IMG/VR virus record: IMGVR_UViG_3300047457_000833
Location: 1-53,849 of that record
DNA length: 53,849 bases
DNA from: a virus
Lineage: Duplodnaviria; Caudoviricetes
Reading direction: 5' to 3' (one strand)
In this document: piece after piece, positions 47,866-53,849 of the stretch
Layout: every line of letters begins with the position of its first letter
How positions within the stretch are numbered: the stretch's first letter is position 1
Made by a program: the position numbers and the translations under genes
Notes under the pieces: generated by a model
What the model was told of the DNA's origin: nothing
Database searches by the model: none
Seen by the model: the letters and a program-made list of their open reading frames with translations, nothing else

Positions 47866-48188
47866 TTCGTATAACCGCGATGTCGGGTGGTGAAACGCTG
47901 CAGGCCACCGAAATGGAGGTTGGCCTGTGGAGCGTCAGTCCTCTCGAGTTCGCAGACTTCTTTGACTCGGCCACTGTTCCGTCGAGCATCGTGGTGTTGG
48001 GTGGCACTCAAATCGTTTACCCCGACTGGCGGTCAGATGACCCGATGATTCGGCTCTACGCTGCGCAATATGTCATCCAGCGATACTTTGATTTGACGTA
48101 CGGCGAAGCACGACCCATCGAATACACGATCACAGGCATTGCTGAGCAGCCAGATACGGATGATCTGCCACCAGACACGGTGTTCTAG
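47862..48188 (+). CDS. Small acidic protein coupled to the metallopeptidase gene
   Basis: ATGA overlap; 108 aa; ends DDLPPDTVF. Confidence 0.6.
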   Translation: MIRITAMSGGETLQATEMEVGLWSVSPLEFADFFDSATVPSSIVVLGGTQIVYPDWRSDDPMIRLYAAQYVIQRYFDLTYGEARPIEYTITGIAEQPDTDDLPPDTVF

Positions 48189-48191
48189 ACT

Positions 48192-49718
48192 GTGACCATG
48201 ATTTCTGTCGGAGACATCCTCGAGCGTCCACGCAAATCAGGCGGTGTTGAGCGCGCTCTGGTTGAGAAGGTGCGCACGTCAGGCAACGTGCTGATCAACG
48301 GCTCGCAGGTAGCCGCAACCTCCGAGAACCCTGTGGTCACAGCCAGAATCGTGGTACTGGACGGCGAGTCGGTGCTCAAGACTCGAGCCACACGCACTTT
48401 CGTGCACAAAATGCACGGCGACGACCATGAGATGGGCGTTTATACGCTTGTTCCGCGCCAGAAGGCGATGTACGAGATGTATGAGGCCATCGTCGGGCAG
48501 ATGGGCCAGTTTGATAAAAGTGTTGGTGGGAATGGTGCTCACTACGCGGACGGCACGGAGAACGTGTTCCTGTCGGAGGGGATGCAGTGCGCTAACTGCG
48601 TGTTTTACTGCGGTGGCCGAGCCTGCGAAGTTGTTGCTGGAGACATCGACCCGTTGGGCATCTGCAAACTGTGGATCATCGCTGAGCCTCTTCTCGGCCA
48701 GCAGGCTACGCCTGTGCTGATCTCTGAGCGCGAACTAGGGATTGAGAAGGCATCAAACTTCACTCCACCGCAAGCGGTGCGTGACGCCGCGCAACGGGCC
48801 GTCAAATGGATCGAGGAAGGGAAGGCTGGCGACGGCTTCACGGCGGTCGGTGCAGGCCGTGCGCGCGATCTCGCAGCAGGACGGGCAGTGTCGCTCGAGA
48901 CCGTCAAGCGGATCTCCAACTTCCTGTCGCGCCACGAAGTTGACAAGAAGGCCGAAGGCTTCAGTCAAGGGGAGAACGGCTACCCCTCGGCAGGTCGTGT
49001 CGCTTGGGATGCATGGGGAGGTGATCCTGCGAAGAGTTGGGTGAGTGGAATCCTTGCCGATGTCCAAAAGGCCGCCAAACTGAAGGAAGGCCAGTTCGTT
49101 CGCTGGAACTCGTCAGGTGGCCCTGCGCAAGGCCGCATCGAGCACGTGATGGAAGAAGGCACGCTCGGCGTCCCGAACTCAAGGTTCAAGATTAACGCGC
49201 AGCCCGACGACCCTGCGGTGCTGATCCGCATCTATCAAGAGGGTGCGGACGGATGGGTGGAAACCCCAACCCTTGTCGGTCACAAGGCGTCGACGCTTCG
49301 TCGTATCGAGCCTCTGTCAAAAGCGACACGCCTCATCAAGCAGGCCACCGAGGAACGCTTCACTCTAGCCCCTTGGTATATTCCAGAAAAATATGATGCG
49401 CAGAACGAGTGGACGGACGCGCGCGAACTTCAGAAAGCGTTGTGGGAATACGTTCAGTCTGGTGATCGCACCATCCGTTTGCAGCACAACAAGAATGTGC
49501 GCGCTGGCGAATGGGTGGAAGCAATGACGTTGCCGCACTCGTGGACGACCCCGATGACGAAAGCCAACGGCGCAACCACCGAGATCACATACCCTGCTGG
49601 AACCGTGCTTCTGGGCGTCATCTGGGACGACTGGGCGTGGGACATGGTCAAGAAAGGCGAGATCACGGGCTTCTCCATCGGTGGCTCAGCGGAACGCCTC
49701 GACCTCGAAATGCCCTAA
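48192..49718 (+). CDS. Multidomain prohead protease (C-terminal XkdF/S78-like) with HiPIP-like and DUF2945-like domains
   Basis: ERFTLAPWYIP...DAQNEW...ELQKA...LQH...VKKGEITGFSIGG; CANCVFY...C...C-LW; VRWNSSGG. Confidence 0.8.
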   Translation: MTMISVGDILERPRKSGGVERALVEKVRTSGNVLINGSQVAATSENPVVTARIVVLDGESVLKTRATRTFVHKMHGDDHEMGVYTLVPRQKAMYEMYEAIVGQMGQFDKSVGGNGAHYADGTENVFLSEGMQCANCVFYCGGRACEVVAGDIDPLGICKLWIIAEPLLGQQATPVLISERELGIEKASNFTPPQAVRDAAQRAVKWIEEGKAGDGFTAVGAGRARDLAAGRAVSLETVKRISNFLSRHEVDKKAEGFSQGENGYPSAGRVAWDAWGGDPAKSWVSGILADVQKAAKLKEGQFVRWNSSGGPAQGRIEHVMEEGTLGVPNSRFKINAQPDDPAVLIRIYQEGADGWVETPTLVGHKASTLRRIEPLSKATRLIKQATEERFTLAPWYIPEKYDAQNEWTDARELQKALWEYVQSGDRTIRLQHNKNVRAGEWVEAMTLPHSWTTPMTKANGATTEITYPAGTVLLGVIWDDWAWDMVKKGEITGFSIGGSAERLDLEMP

Positions 49719-49747
49719 AACCGCGCAACGACGCCACTAAACGGTAG

Positions 49748-49776
49748 TTGACTACGGCCCAGAAATGCCGTACCTT
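49748..49776 (+). promoter_or_regulatory. Putative promoter of an inserted (moron-like) unit
   Basis: TTGACT-17 bp-TACCTT, then GAGGAGGAG RBS and ATG 49805. Confidence 0.55.
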
Positions 49777-49804
49777 CTTCGAGACACATACGAGGAGGAG
49801 CAAG

Positions 49805-50422
49805 ATGGCTTCACGGCAGCGATACGACGAAGAACAGGTTCTACGCGGTTTGGTATCCGCTTGGATACAACTTCGATCCCAACTCACGGCCACACCGAAC
49901 GCCTGCATCCTTGCAGCCAACTTCGCTCGCCGAATCCTGCCACGCTTCTACGTCTCGACTTTCGTCCGACCTGTCGGCGTGATCGCCTTCAACCGTGAAG
50001 GATGGGAAGCGATCTGCTACGGGCAACCGTTAACGGGTGACGCGTGGAGCGTCGGATGCTCGAGCCGATTCACAACATCAGACTTCGCCTACGACGGTCA
50101 TGTGGTGATCCAAACCTCAAACTGGTATCTCGACCTGACCGCAGAAGCCTTCGAGCGACCAGAGCACAACATCGTCATGGGTGGCCCTGTGCTGATCCCA
50201 CTCGCCAAACTCGGTGTCATACCGAAGGATCATCGTCTGCACGAATTAACGCAAACGACACGCACATATTCAATCCCACTTAACACGGGCATCTACACAT
50301 TCTTTGACGAACCGAACAACCTGAAGTTCCGTTCTGCACCCGACTGGCAAGTCGACTGGCATGATTTGCGAGGCGCGGAAGCAGAACAAATCATCAACGA
50401 TCATCTGCGGAGCAACCAGTGA
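49805..50422 (+). CDS. Hypothetical protein with possible Cys-His-Asp triad
   Basis: Strong RBS; NACILA, DGHVVI, YLDLT. Confidence 0.6.
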   Translation: MASRQRYDEEQVLRGLVSAWIQLRSQLTATPNACILAANFARRILPRFYVSTFVRPVGVIAFNREGWEAICYGQPLTGDAWSVGCSSRFTTSDFAYDGHVVIQTSNWYLDLTAEAFERPEHNIVMGGPVLIPLAKLGVIPKDHRLHELTQTTRTYSIPLNTGIYTFFDEPNNLKFRSAPDWQVDWHDLRGAEAEQIINDHLRSNQ

Positions 50423-50844
50423 ACAGAACCCAACGGCGATCAAGGAAACATGCGGTGAAAGAATTTGCGGCACTCGACAACGCGCTCCAGTCCGCAGATA
50501 ACGCTGCCCGTATCTTGCTCAAAGACCCCACCAGCCCTGCTGAAAGCCGTTACACGGCGGCTTGGGCCGAGATTCCGATGTGTGACCGCAACAAGCCACT
50601 CTTGCGCATCTGTGACCGCTACAGGATCGGGATGCAGGGGATCGGGATGCGTGAAACAGGCTCGGTTCAGGCGCGCGTGTTCAAACCTCGAGCCGATTCA
50701 CGGCTGTCACGCGAACTGTGGCGTCAAGCGTCAACGGAGCGTCGCATGGCTGCCGAGGTTGACTGGGCCACAGAGTTCGTTGCGTGCCTCCGCAGGTGGG
50801 AGTTCGTCGCGTCTGCTCACTGCCGTGTCGGCGATAACGGTTGA
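50419..50844 (+). CDS. Hypothetical basic protein
   Basis: GGAG RBS, GTGA coupling, MNRTQRR start. Confidence 0.45.
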   Translation: MNRTQRRSRKHAVKEFAALDNALQSADNAARILLKDPTSPAESRYTAAWAEIPMCDRNKPLLRICDRYRIGMQGIGMRETGSVQARVFKPRADSRLSRELWRQASTERRMAAEVDWATEFVACLRRWEFVASAHCRVGDNG

Positions 50845-50857
50845 CGGGTGGGCTACT

Positions 50858-52024
50858 ATGGCGACTGAGATGAACCAAGACGCGATCTACAAGATGTTTG
50901 CGGCGTCCCCTGTCGGGAAGTCGATGTCGGCTGCTGATCTTGACGCGATGCGTCAAATGCTCGAGACGACCCCTGTCACACAGATCGGTGGCTGGTACGG
51001 GGAGCAGATTCGCAAGGCTGCCCGTCTCGCCAAAGGCGATTACGTTGGGCATCCGTTCCGAGGCAACCAATACACCGACGCATCAGGCGTGGGACGAGGC
51101 TCCTCAAGTGGGCCTTCCAGCCGTCGCAGCACCGCCGAGATTGACGCCATCAACGAGCGTCTGGCACGCACAGGCGACAAGCAGTTGATGATGGACGGGC
51201 TTCTCAGCAGTGCTCGAGCAGACGTTGACGCAGCGATGCGTGCAGGGAAAAACAACGTACCGTTGATTGACGGTCTTGCGCTGCTGGAAACCGCGAACCG
51301 TGCAGGCGTTAACACTCCAGAAGGCAAGCAGGCACTTCAACGCGCCTTCGACTGGCTCGAGAACGAGAACTATCACGGGCTTGCTGAAGGCGTCCATAAC
51401 ATCATGCAGGCCAGAGGCCCGAAGAACGGCTACATGGAATTTGAGCGGGATGCAAAAGACTTCGTGTCGTCGCAGATCGCGGAGACCGCACTCTTCGCGG
51501 AAACCGACCTGAAACGACAGATGGACGGCATCGACGGAATCATCGAGACATCAAAAGGCGCAATCGACAACGCCGACGTCAAAGCCGAAAGAAGCGAGAA
51601 TTTTGAGAGCGAGGACGCCGCGAAAGATCGCAAGGACGCATCCGATGTGACTCGCGCTGAGACGCGACTCCAACGGCACGCGAAGGAAGTCAAATCAGTC
51701 TTGGAATCCCTGATCGTATACAGTCGGAATGGGCGCACCGATTCAAACGCTGGTGATATCGAGCGCGCCTACAAGAACCTGTTCAGTAAGGCCTCTCAAC
51801 TTCAGATGCTTCGCTCTGAGATCATGCGCGATAGCGAATTTGAGCGCACCGCAAGCCGTCAAGGTTTTGCTGGCGGCAAGAGCGTCACTGGCAAGTACGG
51901 TTTGCTTCTCGGCAGCATTCGGCAGGCATTAGAGGCGATCAACGAAGTCCAGTCTGAGGTTGATAGTTCCAGCGAATCGATCCGTCAATCCGCCGAACAA
52001 ATGTACGCAGACTCGAAGGGATAA
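50858..52024 (+). CDS. Tagged helical/coiled-coil protein
   Basis: ATG 50858 after the 50844 stop; KGDYVGHPFRGNQYTDASG at 51032. Confidence 0.75.
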   Translation: MATEMNQDAIYKMFAASPVGKSMSAADLDAMRQMLETTPVTQIGGWYGEQIRKAARLAKGDYVGHPFRGNQYTDASGVGRGSSSGPSSRRSTAEIDAINERLARTGDKQLMMDGLLSSARADVDAAMRAGKNNVPLIDGLALLETANRAGVNTPEGKQALQRAFDWLENENYHGLAEGVHNIMQARGPKNGYMEFERDAKDFVSSQIAETALFAETDLKRQMDGIDGIIETSKGAIDNADVKAERSENFESEDAAKDRKDASDVTRAETRLQRHAKEVKSVLESLIVYSRNGRTDSNAGDIERAYKNLFSKASQLQMLRSEIMRDSEFERTASRQGFAGGKSVTGKYGLLLGSIRQALEAINEVQSEVDSSSESIRQSAEQMYADSKG

Positions 52025-52028
52025 TAAA

Positions 52029-53174
52029 GTGGCCGAAGTTCGCAAGTGTTCATGTGGTGAAGGTAACCAGCAGGTGCTCGACACGCTGCGCTCCACCACG
52101 CTGGCCGAGATGCCTGTGGACGAATTCAACGAGATCGTCGACGACGTCAACAAGGCTGGCGGCATCCGCAACCTGTCAGGTTTGTCTCGGGTGCTGATCG
52201 AGAAGGCGTTGAACGATTTGCGTGCAGGTGTAGAGAAGGGCGACTACGAAGGTCATCCATTCCGAGGAAATCAGTGGACTGATTCGTCAGGTACTGGACG
52301 TGGCGGCGCAGGCGGTGGGCCAAAAGGTTCTAAGAATCAACGGGCTAGATATTTTGACAGTGCACCTGACCGCCCACAGACCGCTGGTGCTAGATATTTT
52401 GACAGTGCGCCCGACCGCCCACAGGCCGCTGGTGCTAAATATATCGACATGAAAGGGAATTCTCCTCGTCGCGCTGAGAGTGTGCAACAGGAACTGAATC
52501 GCCTGTCTAGAGAAGGCCTACAAAGTCAAATCGATGAACTGAAGATGTATATCGATGACCATAAGGGAATGGCTGAAGTTCTACGCGACCTCGGCAACGA
52601 GGATGGCGCACGACAAGCAGAAGCCAACGCTGCGAAAGCAGAGAAAGAGGTGCGCGGCCTAAAAGCGGAGATCGACAGGCGTCAAAAGCGATTCGAAATG
52701 GATCAAAAAACGGAGTCCGCTAAGACAAAAGTCACCGAGGACAACATTGATTCCAAATTGAAAGGCGATGACCTAAAGCAGTTCAAAGCGCAGGTCAAGG
52801 AAGCCGAGACTGCTGTCAAAGAATTCCGTAAAACTGTCGCAGATATACAAAAGCGCGTGGCCGCCGAAGGAGTTCGTGGCGTTGCTTCTATTCTTAAAGA
52901 AGCACTCAATGAGGCTCGGACGTTTGAGAAGTTGGTGCGCGACGCCAAAGCAGCACCAACCATTCGTCAAGCGGTACGAATGACGTCGTTAGGAACAAAT
53001 GCTGGCGAAAACGCTAAGGGTGCGCTTCGAGAGGTTTTGGGGAAACTAAAGGGCGGCGAAAGCGATGCTGATACAGAAGCAATAAATGCTCTGCAAACTG
53101 CTGGCGACAAATATTTTGGTCTTTCGCCAGACCGATACAACCTTGATGATGCCTTTGATTTCATTGATAGTTGA
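52029..53174 (+). CDS. Tagged coiled-coil protein
   Basis: GTG 52029; KGDYEGHPFRGNQWTDSSG at 52236; K/E/A-rich helices. Confidence 0.75.
   Translation: MAEVRKCSCGEGNQQVLDTLRSTTLAEMPVDEFNEIVDDVNKAGGIRNLSGLSRVLIEKALNDLRAGVEKGDYEGHPFRGNQWTDSSGTGRGGAGGGPKGSKNQRARYFDSAPDRPQTAGARYFDSAPDRPQAAGAKYIDMKGNSPRRAESVQQELNRLSREGLQSQIDELKMYIDDHKGMAEVLRDLGNEDGARQAEANAAKAEKEVRGLKAEIDRRQKRFEMDQKTESAKTKVTEDNIDSKLKGDDLKQFKAQVKEAETAVKEFRKTVADIQKRVAAEGVRGVASILKEALNEARTFEKLVRDAKAAPTIRQAVRMTSLGTNAGENAKGALREVLGKLKGGESDADTEAINALQTAGDKYFGLSPDRYNLDDAFDFIDS
52344..52442 (+). repeat. 45-bp in-frame tandem repeat (about 2.2 copies)
   Basis: Units start at 52344, 52389 and 52434, encoding ARYFDSAPDRPQ[T/A]AG. Confidence 0.9.
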
Positions 53175-53259
53175 GGCTTGCCAAGTCCTGAATCACGCGC
53201 TGGACAGTTCAACCGACGTTTAGTTGTCGGTCTTGTCTGGTCATCTACACTCAAGACAA

Positions 53260-53849
53260 ATGGGTGCGCGCAAGATGGTGAAACTCAAGGTCGAAGAGAC
53301 CTCTGGGGTCGATCATCCAGCGCATCTGGAAGAAGGTTGGATCGTCATGAAGTCAGCGAGCAAGGGAGCGAAAGTGGCCAAGCAGCCCAACATCGAGATC
53401 GAAGTCGGAGCAGAGGAAGAGGAGATGAACGAGGAAATGGAAACCGAGAAGGCCGCGTCTGAAGAGACTGATTTCGAGGCGATGTTCGCCAAGATGAAGG
53501 AAGAGCGCGACATGTACAAGGGCAAGTACGAGGACTTGATGAAGGAAATGTCGCCCGAGGACGATGAGGCCTCGATGGAAAAGGCGATGCCTGAGGCTGT
53601 CCGCGAAATGCTGAACAAGGCTCGCAACGAGGCCGAGGCGGCACGCACCGAACTCCGCAAGGAAGTTGAGCGTCGTCAGGATCGCGAGTATGTGGCAAAG
53701 GCTGCTGCTTGGGGCAACCTGTCGCTCAACGCCGAGGAAGTTGGCCCGATGCTTCGCAAGATGGCAGAGACCAACGGCGAACTCGTTGACGCTGTGATGG
53801 GCGCACTGTCGTCCGCTAACGCACAGGCAGAGGCCGCCAACATCTTTGC
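53260..53849 (+). CDS. Capsid scaffold protein, 5' part (continues through the junction to 310)
   Basis: Open frame MGARKMVKLKVEETSGVDHPAHLEEGWIVMKS..., acidic coiled coil; missing from the ORF track because it has no stop before the window end. Confidence 0.8.
   Translation, partial: MGARKMVKLKVEETSGVDHPAHLEEGWIVMKSASKGAKVAKQPNIEIEVGAEEEEMNEEMETEKAASEETDFEAMFAKMKEERDMYKGKYEDLMKEMSPEDDEASMEKAMPEAVREMLNKARNEAEAARTELRKEVERRQDREYVAKAAAWGNLSLNAEEVGPMLRKMAETNGELVDAVMGALSSANAQAEAANIF
53712..53849. repeat. Terminal direct repeat / circular overlap, copy 2
   Basis: Matches 1-138 with two synonymous mismatches. Confidence 0.95.

Noticed and set aside
50465-50857. N-terminal extension of the 519-aa track ORF (likewise 27090-27335 and 37682-37891)
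   Set aside because: Overlaps better-supported upstream genes and has implausible composition; downstream starts were chosen
39340-52292. Tag-encoding repeats as a CRISPR array, DGR repeats or recombination sites
   Set aside because: Copies are hundreds to thousands of bases apart, always in frame and synonymously diverged; no cas, reverse transcriptase or site-specific recombinase gene is visible

Overview
The window is an essentially complete, circularly permuted genome (about 53.7 kb; positions 1-138 recur at 53712-53849) of a GC-rich, long-tailed dsDNA phage. The whiB gene points to an actinobacterial host. Gene order: capsid, neck and tail genes with a -1 frameshifted tail chaperone, lysis, recombination/replication (Gam-like, Sak4-like, initiator with iterons, RusA-like), two DNA methyltransferases, terminase, portal, MuF, then about 15 kb of head-associated accessory genes, an XkdF-like prohead protease and a scaffold that spans the window junction. 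I saw no integrase, DNA polymerase, tRNA or CRISPR array. The standout signal is a 19-aa peptide, K-GDY[V/E]GHPFRGNQ[W/Y]xDxxG, found nine times in six otherwise unrelated ORFs, four times in one 1889-aa polyprotein. Each copy starts with a Lys that could be a protease cleavage site and precedes a different payload: an R-S-E ADP-ribosyltransferase, two DUF3626-like domains, a GNAT, an HEXXH metallopeptidase, a ParB/Srx-like domain and helical domains. The polyprotein also carries a near-copy of the major capsid protein N-terminal peptide (QPTxxxVHVDxI). My inference is a modular, tag-directed, protease-processed system that loads effectors into the capsid. All family assignments are from motif recognition by eye, not database searches.
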